This document shows positions 1 to 14,523 of a DNA stretch of 64,000 nucleotides, one piece after another. The first letter of the stretch is position 1; each line of letters opens with the position of its first letter. The stretch is from the NCBI RefSeq assembly GCF_964355755.1, contig NC_092674.1, forward strand, positions 31,620,001-31,684,000, in the 5' to 3' direction. A program made the translations under genes and the position numbers. Origin of the DNA: Antedon mediterranea. Its lineage: Eukaryota > Animalia > Echinodermata. Under the pieces are notes generated by a model. The model did not search any database. It was not told the DNA's origin and saw nothing but the letters and a program-made list of their open reading frames with translations.

Positions 1-345
1 AAATTGTTGCGCTACTAACATGGATTTGTTGTTTGGTTTGTTTTTTAACAATAATAATAAATTTGCAATTATTCCATGCAAGAAATAACACGGGTAATTT
101 AGCACGCTGTTTTTATCTATTGTGATTTAAATTCTACGTTTTTAACAATTGTACGCTGATGATTAATGCATTAAAAATTAAATGAAAATGTATAATTTAA
201 TCAATTGATATCCTGTTTCGAGGCTAAACAAGATCTTATTTTAAATTGCCATACGGTATAGTACAATTGTTGATATTCATCAATCTAAGAATAAAACAAA
301 TAAGTTTCATAATATGAATCCAAATTTAAGATATATTTTTTGCAG

Positions 346-3300
346 ATCAATTAAAATGTCAAGTCCAAACTTAAACAATTGTATTGTGGTTGGATGTATA
401 CTGGTGTACCTTTCTGTAATACTACAAGGACTTCACACCGAAATTGTTCCGGTTTCGTCGTTCGTTCCATTATGCACGGTAAGTCAACATTAGCTACTTA
501 ACTCCAATATACTTGTTAAGTGATTATTGATGAGTGATTAACTAGGCATACTATCAAAATATCCTGTTAGTTAACTCACCAATCCTGCATTACTATTTTT
601 GGATTTTGTAAATATGAACAGCCAATTTACTGAGTACTGCGTCTCGTGTAACCATGGTAATAAAATCTGCAAATATAATGACTCTCATCACTCGTGTTGT
701 CGGTAATGAAACAAATCTACGATGTACAGTAAACAAAAAGCCCTTAATTAGTTTGATTTATCTAAAATGGAATGATGTTCATAATACTTCTATGGGTTCT
801 AAAATGATAATACATCATACTATTTTAATACTGCTAAGTGAGTATGTTACTTTTTTTTTAAAGATGTTATTCTTACTTGGTACTAATAATGATATAATGG
901 TTTTCATAATAAATAATTCTATATGTATTGTAAAATGAACCACGCAACGTGTAATTATAATTTTTAATAATAGCTACTTTTCCAATCCATTATAACGGAA
1001 CAACTAAAAAAATACATAAACATAAGCTGTAAAGGTTAAACATACAATGATTGTATTAGAAAAAAAATAATGGATCTAATATACCGAGACCTATCAGTTA
1101 AACATTGTCAAATGATGCGGGGGTTTAGTAGGCTAACCATGAAACATCTGTCAGTGAACCAAAATTTCCAAAACTTCCAATAATGTGTATTGATTTGTAT
1201 TAAACAAAAAAGAAATGAGTTTGTTTTTTGCCCTTTAATATCTAAACAAAACATTGCAATACAATAAACAAGAAATGAGTTTGTTTGTTGCCCTTTAATA
1301 TCTAAACAAAACATTGCAATACAATAAATAAGAAATGAGTTTGTTTGTTGCCCTTTAATATCTAAACAAAACATTGCAATACAATAAATAAGAAATGAGT
1401 TTGTTTGTTGCCCTTTAATATCTAAACAAAACATTGCAATACAATAAATAAGAAATGAGTTTGTTTGTTGCCCTTTAATATCTAAACAAAACATTGCAAT
1501 ACAATAAATAAGAAATGAGTTTGTTTGTTGCCCTTTAATATCTAAACAATACATTGCAATACAATAAATAAGAAATGAGTTTGTTTGTTGCCCTTTAATA
1601 TCTAAACAAAACATTGCAATACAAAACCTTCAATAAACAATTTTCTTAGAAATTATAGTTTGTATGCATAATTCGAGTGGCAATTAAATTTTCAAAAACA
1701 CAACAATTGAGATAATAACAACGAAATTAGCTAATTTCCATTGCCCATCTATTGTTATAATGAGGCATTTATTTGCGATCGATTAAGCTTCTATTTCGGA
1801 ACTAAACAATCAGGCTAAGATGGTTTGGTAATTCGTATGGATTAGTTTCTGCAAACAACATATTCGCGGTCAATAATAATAATGACTACCGTATCAAATA
1901 TCATGACGACCTTTAAACATATTTCCATCGTATCTCTTTGCAAAAATAACCATAGCATTGTATAGCAAGATATTTTGTTGTGTTTACCACCAAACATTTT
2001 TATTGAAATAGAATATCAAGATTACAATTTTTTCTATAGGCACGAGCTATGTTGCTGGCCAGTGGATTTTCACTGGCTTTTGGTTCTATGTTTGTAAAAA
2101 CCTATCGTGTGTATCACATAGTAACTCATGCCACAAGTCGAGGTCTTGGTAAACGAATAGTAAGTTGAATTTTGTTTTTAAAGAAAATGAGTTACTTTAC
2201 CTTTAGTATCTTTAAAAACTTAATACTGTATGCACATTTTACAATTGTACATTTACACAATGGTAACTGCAACGCTCTTAATGATATCCTTGACTCCAAC
2301 GCTAGTCAACGTATCATATCAAAATATACCATCATTTTGACTGTTATCGACTATTTTCCATTTAGATGTTACGAGAATCGATATTGTTTGCAATGGTCGG
2401 TGGCTTATTAGCATTAGATCTTATTGTTTTTATTTTGTGGGCAACATTGGACCCGATGTATCGCCAAGTAACAAAAACTCAATCTCAGGTAGGCCTATTA
2501 CATTTTATCTTGAAATAACGGAGAATTATTCATCATGACTCATTTTTATAAGTTTTAACATTTTGTATTATTTTAACTTGAACATTAAAAAAATGTTTGA
2601 TGATTTTATATTTTGTATATTTGATGTTGTAATCTGTATGTATTGTTTTATGTAGCCCACCTCCTTCCCTTTTTAATTTCCCTACGAGAGATGAATAAAG
2701 ATATATACTGATTTGATCTTAGTGAGATACTCGTAAATCAAGATTTTTAAAATCTATATGAACAACTATGCAAATTACACGTCATAGAATCAGTTTCTTT
2801 AATTATTCATAGTGTAGTCAGTTTTCAATTAAATCATACAAAGTGTTTACATTATTTGAAGAAAAGTCATTTGATTTTCAAATTATTTATTGATGATATT
2901 CATTCTTATAATCTTAATGTCTTTTAGAATTGAATTCAAATTTTAATTAATAATGAAGGGAAGTGATTTTGTTGTTTACGATACTCCTTTTAAAGAGCAA
3001 AATGTTGGTTATTTGTGCACTTCATTATCAACGTACAAGTTAGGCCTACAAGTTTAACAATAATAAAATGTTAATTATTTTTACACATAGATTTCATTTT
3101 TAATTTTAAGGTGTCAGAGGATGAAACTATTGCGTATATCTTCACTGTAGAAAGTTGTTCTTCAAATCGAGCTCAGATCTGGTTAGGAGTTGTATATACT
3201 TATAAAGGCTTACTTCTGTTATTCGGAGTATTTCTAGCATGGGAAACAAGGAAGGTGAAGATCCCGGCGTTGAATGATTCAAACTACATAGCATTATCTG

Positions 3301-4882
3301 TCTATAATGTTGTTATGTTAAGCGTTATAGCCGTAGCAGTGTCCAGTTTAGTCAAACAACCACATCTTGTTACCATAACCTTTACCCTGGTAACTGGATG
3401 CGTGGTGACGATGGCTACTGCAACGTTAGCTCTTCTTTTTATACCAAAGGTAAGGGGGGTTTACATGCATAAACAAATAAATAAATAAATAAATATAATT
3501 TTACCTACTATAATAATTAGCAGAATATCAACAACTTACATTTAATACTCAAATCCAAGAAAATAATCATGTCCGAATCTTTTCTTTCCATTTTGTTTAG
3601 GTAATATCAGTTCGCTCAAACCATTTAGGGGGAGATCCAATTAGTTCTTCGGTAGGCCTAGAAACTCGAGGGCAAACACGACGTCTCATAGCAGATGAGT
3701 CTACAGAATTAAAAGAAAATATATATAGATGGGAAGTGCAAAACAGAGCTTATAAAAAAGAATGTGAAAAGGTAAAAGTTTCAAAAGTAGATATCATATT
3801 ATTCATAGCACCACAACAACCTTGACAATATATTGCCAGGTTTTATAGTATTTGCACGCAAACCCCAAGTATTCCATTTTGCACGAACGAATTGTTCAGA
3901 TAATTTAAATTTAAGGTAGCGTGTACTTTAATAATTAAAACCATTACATTTAAGAAATATATACATTATTCAGACTTTAATTATCCTATTTATATTAAAA
4001 TTTGAATTATTAATTCATCAATTACGTCAAAATACCAAAACCCAAGGAGAGTATGGATTATGTTGATTTGTGACGTTAGTCTAAAAAACTGTCAAATATT
4101 AATTTTGTGAAAGCATGGTTCCAGTCGTGCTAATATGGAAGTCATTTTCAAGAGTTCATTACAACAACGAAAATAGTAATTATAGAGTAAACATTTAATA
4201 TATTTTTTACTTTCAGTTGGAGCAAAAGATAGCCGAATTAGAAGCAAAATTACTTTCTTTACAGAACTCAGAGAAAATTAATTTACGGGAAAATCGTTTA
4301 AGTACAATCATATCTGAATCTAGTGATACCTCAGAACTTCTTATTGATTTGCCTGAAACAATCATAGATAATTATAACGGTAGCCCGAAGACAGAGTCAC
4401 CAGAGACTTGCCCTTTACTAGAACGAGGTGATTCAGGACGACATTCTATTGATTCAAGACAAGCACCAAAAGAAAATATATATTCACTTTTTTGTGTTCA
4501 AGCTAAAGAAAAAACTTCCACAAATTTTTGCGTTAACAACACACATGTTGAAATAATTTACGCGGCTGACGAAGAAGGTGATGTTTCTGGTTCCAATGAT
4601 ACCAAATCAACGCAATGTGATTGTAAAACATTTGATACAAAACTTATATTTTCTTTACATAAAAATAAGAATTATTATTCAAAACTACAGAATTCGGCAT
4701 CACCTACATTACAAACTGACAAACAGAAGGAAGAAATCACAGAGTTACCCAGCGACATGACAGATAACGACGAATGCATACTTCCTGAAGATACGTCTGA
4801 AATGGAAGAAGAGTTGCACAAGGAAAGAAAAGATCTTGAATGTAAATTAGTAGACTTAGAAGAAACATTGTTATCTTCCTGA
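346..4882 (+). CDS. GABA-B receptor-like class C GPCR, 3' part (TM2-TM7 and C-tail); C-tail resembles Drosophila GABA-B-R3; 5' exons lie upstream of the window
   Basis: Phase-consistent GT-AG exons: 346-478 (IKMSSPNLNNCIVVGCILVY), 2040-2159 (GFSLAFGSMFVKTYRVY), 2366-2488 (WATLDPM), 3111-3449 (YKGLLLLFGVFLAWETRKVKIPALNDS..LLFIPK), 3601-3771 (TRRLIADE..YRWEVQNRAYKKE), 4217-4882 (coiled coil LEQKIAELEAKL, stop TGA). These motifs are characteristic of the GABA-B 7TM domain. Confidence 0.9.
1201..1624. repeat. Intronic minisatellite, 60-bp unit, ~7 copies
   Basis: AGAAATGAGTTTGTTTGTTGCCCTTTAATATCTAAACAAAACATTGCAATACAATAAATA recurs in register on consecutive 60-nt lines. Confidence 0.97.
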
Positions 4883-5039
4883 CCTGACAACCCGGCTGAT
4901 TTTATTAGGATATTAAGCAAAAGAAACTTCGACGGTAGTTTACTGATATGCAAATTGTTTGTTACTTGCAAGTATTTGTTTCTTATCCTGTTTTAATAAT
5001 GTACATTGATGTCATGATTTCTGACCTGGTGCGAAAGAC

Positions 5040-5330
5040 CTACAAACTCTATGAATCTGACTGGTTTGGATAATATCTATTTGCCTGATTTACTGTGGAT
5101 GATTGTCGATTGACTATTCTGACAACTGACTAATTAATACCAAATCTGAAGTGATGACTGAGACAATCTGTTCTAATCAACGGGAATGTAAAAAAGACGA
5201 AACAACTGACTGTGACAAACCTCTGGACTGACTGCCCGACTGATTGACCGAACGACTGACTGTTAAATGCTGACTGAATCTGAATTATCTAAATGACTGA
5301 CAGGAGTATACTGTTATTGACTAACTGCCT
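5040..5330. repeat. Degenerate (CTGA/TGAC)n-rich tract in the 3' UTR region of gene 1
   Basis: Dense imperfect CTGA/GACT tetramers, e.g. ggactgactgcccgactgattgaccgaacgactgactg. Confidence 0.55.
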
Positions 5331-7479
5331 GTGTCTTTCATCGATTAATGTGTAATATGACATTTTTGCTAGCCATTTATTTGCCGAGTCATTTTACAGT
5401 CACATGAAAATGTTAAGCCATTAATCACACAAGAAATACTATATTGCACTTGTCAAAGAGTTAAGCCGGTTTTATGAAAGCAACTGCTGTCGATGAATTA
5501 TGATATAAATGGGGTTTATTAATGCAAGCCTTTATTATCAAATTAATGTTTAATCATTGTTTATTACCGTGGTAATGCCCGAGTACAAAACCACATTATA
5601 TATTAATAATGTCACTGGTCATACAAATAGATATCTATCAACATATAATTGTTAAAATCTGACATAATTCACTTTAAATTCTACTGATGTTAATGATGAA
5701 TGTCTTCATTAGGGTAACCCAGTACTAAATAATTATTTTATTGTTTTAGTTGTACAAATAAGTTTTATACAGAATTATCACTTCCAAACAAATATATTAT
5801 GATTAATTCAATAAAATGTTAGGATTGAAAAAAAATAGACGTTTGTAAAATCATGATCATCGACTCTCACTCTTACATTCCAAATATGTTTATGTTCACT
5901 TTAAAATGTCAATCACAAGTAGGTTGCATGTTTGTGCGTAAAGGTACACGTGAGTATATGTCAAAGGTGAAACACGTGTTAAAATGCTGTAAGTTGTTAA
6001 AGTGAGCATAGTGGTCAATGCTGGCAAACTAAGACATATAATTATTCTTTGTGTAATCATGTATCCTCATATTACTGAAATGTGTTGAAGACTAACAATT
6101 AAGCTACTGAGTGAAGAAGAAGATTTCCAATTTTCCAAAGAAAATTGACCGTACCAACCGAAAGTTGTTTATTTTAGGTTTGAATTAACGAGGAATATCC
6201 AAACTTCTTAAACACAAATTGTATCACAAAAATAAATATTAATTTTCCACAAACAAAAGTTTCAAATGTCTTACCCATGAGGCTGGTTCTTATGAGTACT
6301 CAATAAAGTTTCTATGTTAACGTTTAGTATTTTAATTTTGACAGGCTGGTGGACACTGTTTTCACAAAAAAAAAATCCGTTCGCATTATATCCGTATAGG
6401 ATGTAGGCTTTGTGTACATATTGGTTCCGCTTTCTTATGGGTTTCAATGGCAATTTAATCATGTTTGTTACGAGCGCACATTTCTTATTTAATTTACATC
6501 ATACAATTTAAAATTGTAATCTGAAGAAATTTAACTCGGTGCAAACATGTATTGCTGCACAAAGTAATGTTTTTTTACAGTGAACCAAGACATTGTACTG
6601 CATGTATTGGTTCGATTTTACCGTGCATCATGTTAGTATTTTATCATATTAAATAACAATATAATGATTGTGGTGCATTAATCTGTATGTTCAACATTTA
6701 AATGTCCAGCTATTGTTCATCATTTGACACAATGCACATTTAAATAATAAAAATATGCGACCGCTTGAGAAATCCATGTCATAATTTACGAATGTTTTTT
6801 TTTTCTCATTAATAGTTTTTCTATTTAATTGATAAAGAATTTGAATACATGCTATTAGATAATCGCAACAGGTCAGCAATCTTGAGAATAGAGTATATGA
6901 AATATAAGCCACACTACATCCATTTAGGACTAACCCAAAGTGCGAGCCACCGAGACATGCAATTCTTGTGATCATTGCCGGTCTAAAATGTCCATTTCAG
7001 TGGAAAAAAATCAACATATTAATGTAGTAGCTAACCATTTACAATATTCCGTACTACTAAAGTGAACCCATTTTATAGTATTATCATGTAGCTATACTCA
7101 TTATCAACTGAATCAGATATTAAGATATCAGATTATTAGCAAGAAAACAAACACAATGCTGATTTACATTGAACAGTAAACATCGACAAATATGTATTAT
7201 TAACAAAATCGAATATAAATATTTCTAATTTATACTTAATCAGATTGGTCTAAACATAACAGAATTCAAATTGTATTCACGTCTTTCTACATTTTCCTTT
7301 TAAACATTATTATAAGATTATGTTAATAATAAATTCTCTATCAGAACCTTTAGTAATAAGATCTTCAAAGTCAGGATAGGAATAAGAATTGTATTTGTTG
7401 GTGAAACCATGTAGTATTACTCTGTCGAATTAGTAGATCCTATAATGTTTTTGAACTACTAAACCATAATATGTTTACA

Positions 7480-10400
7480 TTATATATATTGAATATATTT
7501 CTTATGATCAACGTAATCTTCTCTTTCTAATTGAGGCTTTCTGAAATGGCTTGTTGTCCCTTCAATATTGTAGACAGGTGAGTTTGTTACACGCCTGTGA
7601 GCATACAACACATTCCTTCGTTCTATGACTGGGCTAGGCTGAAGAACACCACTGTCCCGTGGATCGCTTTGGTTCGAGGAACCATGAACAACTTTGTCAG
7701 AAACTGCCATAATGTTTTGGTGTGTTTGGTTTGTTTGGTTTGTTTGGTTAAAACTCCAGGGTGGCTGTATGTATGAAGCTTCGGGAAATTCCTGACAACT
7801 TTTGTAATCACTTTCATACCTATCGTTCATTGCGATACCGGACTCCAAAGGTGAGCAATTACTTTTTCTGTTGTTCTCAATACTATCATTATTTTTCAAA
7901 GACGATTTGTTTTTTTCACCATTAGATTGACTTATTTTATCATGAAACACATTTGTAGCCTCGTGTCTAAATTGTGTTTCATTAAAATGATCAAATCCTT
8001 GATTACCGTATCCTCCTTTACCATCATCGTCTACAGCAGCAGGCGACACGCGCATTCTCAGCTCTCGAACATTTATTGCGTTCGGATCACGCTGTTCACA
8101 ACTTACGTCACCAACTGTGGCTCTTCGATCGTGACTTTTTCCAACTTTAGTTTTTATCGTATGAACTCGTTTATTGCCATTACTAATATAAGCTCTAAAA
8201 TGATCACTGCCAAAATACAATCGATCATTTAGCTCTCGAATTCTTGCTTCTTTCTACAGACATAAACAAAAATCACATTTCATATTTAATATGTTAATAC
8301 ATTATACTGTTAGTGCCAGTGGCTACCAATTATTAAATCAATCCGTATATCAAGATAGGAAATAACTAATCAATTATTCTTCTATTGTGCGGTGGTAAAA
8401 TAAATTATATTTTGATTGCTTCAGAAGATAACAGTTATATGGCTTGATCGGAGCTTATAATCCTATAAATAACAATTATTAAATGTGTGTCTTTGTACTC
8501 ACAAAGGTAATTAAAAATCGCGACAATAATAGTGTGCTCGAAGGCTAAATAGCTAAATAAAATACAGAAAGCATTTATTTTTTGTATTATGAATCGGTAA
8601 TCAGTGACGTTGACCTGTACTTAGTGACAGACCTTTAGCATATAACTGTAATGTGTTACAAATAATAATAATTAAAATACTAATTCTCGACACACCACAT
8701 TACTGTGAAAGTAGGCCAAGTATGGCATACACTCAATCGATTACTTTAAACCCAAACATTGGCTATTCTCATGAGCAGTTTCAATTGTTTTAGTAATACA
8801 GGTACAATGTTACCTCTTTCAATGCACATCGAAGTGTCTCCAACTCTCCTTCAAGAAGTGTTTTTCCGTATTCGGGTTTCTTATTTGATACGTGACGGGA
8901 CCAACGCAAACAGCAAGTTGAGTTTCCATTGTTTTCTGACAATTTTAAGGATGAATCGAAACGTAAGCTTTCCTTTGCCTTTTTTTGAGAACCATTCATC
9001 TCATGCATAATCAATATCTAAACGGGAAAACAAGTAAAACATTGGAATGTTACATAATGAGCACAATAATTTGTTATTACAAATGAGCACATTAGACTTT
9101 TTTATATAATTCTAAAATCATTTTACAAACCTTTGGTAAAACAAGTAACAGCACTGCATGACCAGTCGATACAAAAACAACCAAACACACCAAGATGAGC
9201 TTTAAGTTGTGATCCACAGATTCTGAACCTACAACTGGAAGAATGATAACACCGAGACAAATTGTGACGTAACAACACGTACTAATTGAACGAGAGTCTC
9301 TTAGAGGTGGTGACGAAACGTGCCGAGTTCTATGTGCAATATATATTCCCGTTATCATCAACAGAATCTTGGTGACGTATATAATTGCCAACCACATCCA
9401 CATTCTTCTGCTGATACTTGTAGTATAAATCTCTATTACGTTATCTGAAGTTTTCTAAAGTCGGAGAAAACAAAATATTAGTATAATATCACATTATTAT
9501 AATTCTTCTACATGATACTTTTGATGAATAATAGGAACCTCACATGCATATAAGAACACTTTTAGCTATTAGACAAACACAATATTTAAATATGTATTTG
9601 TTCAATTATTGATGTTATTGTTAAAAGAAAAGAAAATCAGAGATCTTTGTGTTTTAGGTTTTAGTACCTGAAAAAACGGCAGGCGTCTAATATGAAGACA
9701 CTGTATTGGATCAATCAGCCACCATGAAGTCAAAATTATGGCGTCGACACAAACCATTCCGACAACTAAAAGTAGCAATAGTTCATCTTTGATGGGCTAT
9801 AAGTAGTATAAAGGTAACAAATTTAACATTTAATTTGATTCTAGCATAATGAATAACAGAGGGTTTGATGGATCTAACTTATGCCATAACATTATATCAT
9901 GAAATATAGGAATACCATGATTATTGTTAAAGCTGCATTTTGTTGCTATTAACAAGCTATTGCAATCATTATTAAAAGTTATGATATGGATTTTGTGTGT
10001 ATTACAATAACCTTGATATGAATAATTTTAAATCAATATTATTTAAATAAATTGCTAAATGGAAACATTACTTATAGTCAAGTGGCTTCTTGTAATGTAA
10101 CCAGAAAGAGCATCAGAACATGATATGGTTCTCAATGAATTCAGATACTAATGTGATTGTAGAATGTTTTGTTATACCTTTTTATACTGCAGCTTATAGT
10201 TACACTTCATATTTTGTGGAAATAAGTATTAAAGTTACCTTTCTTTTAGGTTGTAACGCTTTAAATATGACGTACACTCGCCACTGTTTGACGATTACAG
10301 ACCCGTATTGTAGAGTAAACCCAACACAAAATATACTGACTGAAAGCTGTAGCGGATTTCAATACGAAAAAGATATAAGTACATTAGTAAAAAAATATGT

Positions 10401-13400
10401 ATCTTCATGTTTGATTAAAGTGATTTTATTTAACATAATTGGATGTTAATGTTCATAGATCTACTTTTGTTTTAGAAATTATTTTACAACAGCTCATATA
10501 CAAAGAAATCTATGGCATCGAATGTTTGTGTCATTAAATGGTGTTGGACATTTTACTTGATAAACATTGATCATATCTGTACTGATTCCTAAGACTGGAA
10601 TCCCACTGACGGTGATGATGGCTCCGAGCAGCTGCATAATTGTAAGATTTGGGCTGGTGAGTTTTAAAACTCTACAAATAAAAAAAAGGGAAGGAAGACA
10701 TAAAACAAAATGAACATTTTGTGACAGCCAATAAAATACTAGGGTTATTATAAAAGATTAAAACGTATCGATTTCATTTTTTTTCAAAAGAACAAAATAA
10801 TGTTAGAGGGCGACACACTTATTTCATAATAGTGGAACTAATGAAGCTTCAGCTGCACTGAATAACGACAGCTGGACACGTGAGCAACACTACAGTATAC
10901 GTCGGTACGTACCTATTATTTCGATATTTAATATTGCATATTAACAAGATGAATGCTAGTAGTGTCACTGAGCCCGCACATGACACCATGCAAATATAAG
11001 CAACGGCAGATAGTTCCAATTTTACCTCTCGAACGGAAACTATAAACACAGCAGGAAAAAAACACAAATCAACGTTCAGTTAAAACTTAAACATGACGTC
11101 TTAAATTACATATCAAATAATTGTATCTTTTTTAGGCCTAATATTGATTGTGATTTGTCAAAATGATTAATTTATATCGCCTGTGCTATTACAGGTTATA
11201 TTTCCAATCGAATGATATAATTATACAATTAGTAATTTGTATTACGTATACGTTTATATTGTTAATTTTAATCAAACTTGCTGTTTGAAATGATTCAATT
11301 ATGATGTCAATTATTTTGAAATTCACTCATTTTATAAAAAATGAGCTATCAAATAATGGCGTACATACGATACAATTTAGATATACAATATTGTAAGATG
11401 AGGAAGATAATTATAGTGTAAGTGTATATCTTTTATATTAATAGGCCTACCGTACTACTGTGGACTTACTTGTATCCTTGCCATGGTTGTCCGGAACGCT
11501 GTAAATACCAAAGTCATGATCTACAGATATACAATTACCCTGTCCAAGTGTACACACAGAAAAGTTAGCTGCTCGGACGCCGAGAGCAGAGAATGAAACA
11601 TAACCCTATATAGAAACATAAAGATCATGAATGACACGGTTAATGTTTGCAATGCTTGTATTCGGGGGTAAGTTCTTAAGTTTTTGACTAATATTATTTA
11701 TGTATTTTTAATTTTAAAAATGTTGTATCTAACCGTTTTGCCAATGAATTGTACTTTTCTAATTGATGCCACCAATTCGTTGTTAAGTTTAAGTCGCGTC
11801 CCCACTGCTGATGACGATACAAAATAGCGTATTACATTTGGATTCGAACTGTTGAGCGCACGTGACGCTGTCGCCAGTGCATCATGTGCAAAGGCACAGT
11901 CGTTTTCAGGGTCGTCACTCTGAAATAAATCGGGTTTCATTTAGACGAAAGAACATTTACCATAATGATTGGTTTTGGGGAAGAGTGTATGAGAAACTAC
12001 TCCGATGTTTGCGCCCTCTATCGACTCACGCATTGGTTTTTTTTTTTTGTTTTTTTTTTTTACAATTTGAATACAGTATAACGTTTATTATTGGAGTTGG
12101 ATAGCCGAGTGGTTAGGACACTTGACTGTCATCCAGATAGACCCGGGTTCAATTCCCGACAACGACAACTCCCAGTCCACTCAGCTGTAAATGAGTACCT
12201 GGTTGAAAATACTAGGGAGAAAAAAGGCGGCGTGGAAAGGAACTGGCCACCCTACATAATGCCGAGGCTTAGTAGGCCTACAATGAGCTCCTAACAGCTC
12301 ATTCCCCTACGTTCAGAATGAATACGGGACTCACCTTTTATAACGTTTATGATGTCGAAAACAATAAAAACTTACATTGATATAAGTTGACACCCCAAGA
12401 CACGTTACATCCTGAATTGACCAATCAGTCACTCCAATACAGTTCAAATGCGGAATAATATTGCACGTTGACTGGGTTGTAAATATGTAAATTGCATGTG
12501 GCAGTGTTGGTCGTTGATATAATTCACATAAAATTATATTTAATGTTGCATCACTGGCTATCAAGATCATGTGACGAATAAAGTTGGTCTGTGATGAGTA
12601 AAATATGTAAACGCTACATACAATATTTTAGGTTAAATTATAATGAATAGGCCTACAAAATACCACTTCTGACTATAATATAATATGTTGGGGTTAAACT
12701 TCCATCAATCATATTGTATATGGTTGGTTTGTGAAAATAACTAATTTAATTTAATAAATAACAAACAATTTCAATGAAACAATTCTTGTAAAAAAACTAC
12801 TTGCCTCAATTCGAAATACGTCATTGGTGACGTGGCCAGAAAGTAGAAGTGATGACGTTTGGATGTTGTAGTATTTAAGATGTTCTACTACAGAAAACAT
12901 AACCTATTAAGAAAACAATCCTTTCATCATTAGAGGTCTACTATAGTAAAATGTTTCTTTAATAATTATATAGTAATCATTTTAATAATACTATACTACT
13001 TTTATTTCAGTGGATTCCCTAGTAAAGTTCTTTTTTTTGTCAAGAATATATTAAGAATTGCTTACTTACTTGCTCGTAATAAGCTCCGTCTTCATGGACT
13101 ACATCGACAAGTGATATTTGGTGAGAAGCTAGATATTCGGACAAACCTGGGCTACCAGAGCCAAGCCATAGTGCAACTGAGAATGTGTTTTCATTGGTAC
13201 TAACATCATCAAACTTCTGGCTACTGATATGAATGACGTCAGAGCTAATATATTGACTGAAGTTGGAAATACATCCTCCAGTTACGATAAGAAGAGGAGG
13301 CTCGTCGTAAAAACCTTGCATATTGTTAGTGACGTCACTTTCACACTAGAGTAAAAAAAAGTTTAATTGATAATTGACAAAACTATTCTTATTAAACATT

Positions 13401-14481
13401 ATCATTGCCATGCTCAACTATCACCAACAACTTTATTGGAATCATCATTATCATTTTTTTCATAATTATTTAATCCTCCACAAAACAACTTTTTACCATT
13501 AGGCCCAGTTATACTAATGTGTATTTTATTTATTTTCAAAGGAATCCGACGCGGCACACATCATTCGATGATAAATCAATTTATTGTCACCTACTGGTTA
13601 GTAAAAATATCTATCCGTAAAACCATTTTGTGTTGATCAAATATCATTGGACATGCTTCTAATTAACTTGTTTAGAAGACTTTGATTACATTGTTAGGCA
13701 TTGAGTATTGTAATAACAAAGAGTATTTTGACACATGTTACCATAAAACACAATAGGTACAATGCTAAATTATGGCGCTGTAAACAAGCACTGATTATTG
13801 GACAATATACTTTAAATCAATGTCACCGTACCGAGAAATAAGTAAAATGAACAATCCCACCAAAAAGTATAATTTTGTACACGTTAATAGATGATGGTGA
13901 TTGTATGCGATGCAACCAATTGCGGCCGCCAGAGAAACATTCGCTTTATAAATCCGTCTATGAAACTTAATTAATATAATAAGAATGAGCAATTTAACAG
14001 CATGGTGCCTAGATATGCGACATATGATCATCTTCGGTGCGTCAGCTGTAGCATCATGTTGCAAATTGATAGGCTAATTTCAATGATATTGATCGACACT
14101 CTTAATGCTTCCGTGAGGCAGATGTATTAGGTAAAAATGGTACCCTGAAGTGATACAAATAGTTGCGATTCCACATTATTGCTTGTCTTTTTACACAACA
14201 TTTTTCGTCCGGTAGAATTTAAAATTGGTTTGAACATTTTAAAAATAATTCTATGGTCCAAGTTTTGTCACTTGGTAACTTGTTCCAAATTCTATAGGCC
14301 TATTCTGATCAAAGTAGGATTAAAATATGAGTAAGTGTATTGTTATTGAAAATAGAACAGGCCCTATACTAATGTATTTAATGTAATTGTTACATTCGTA
14401 TTGAAAGTCCATAGAAAAATACAGCGATAATTACAGTGCTGTTTCTTGATAAATATTTAATCTCGACACAGTATTTCCTAT

Positions 14482-14523
<42 letters not shown>

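Noticed and set aside
1108-1614. 168-aa repetitive ORF on the minus strand
   Set aside because: It is the translation of a 60-bp intronic minisatellite antisense to the GPCR intron, with no splice or start support.
12093-12165. tRNA-Asp gene
   Set aside because: Acceptor and anticodon stems are broken, the sequence continues into a SINE body, and it is flanked by a 12-bp TSD.
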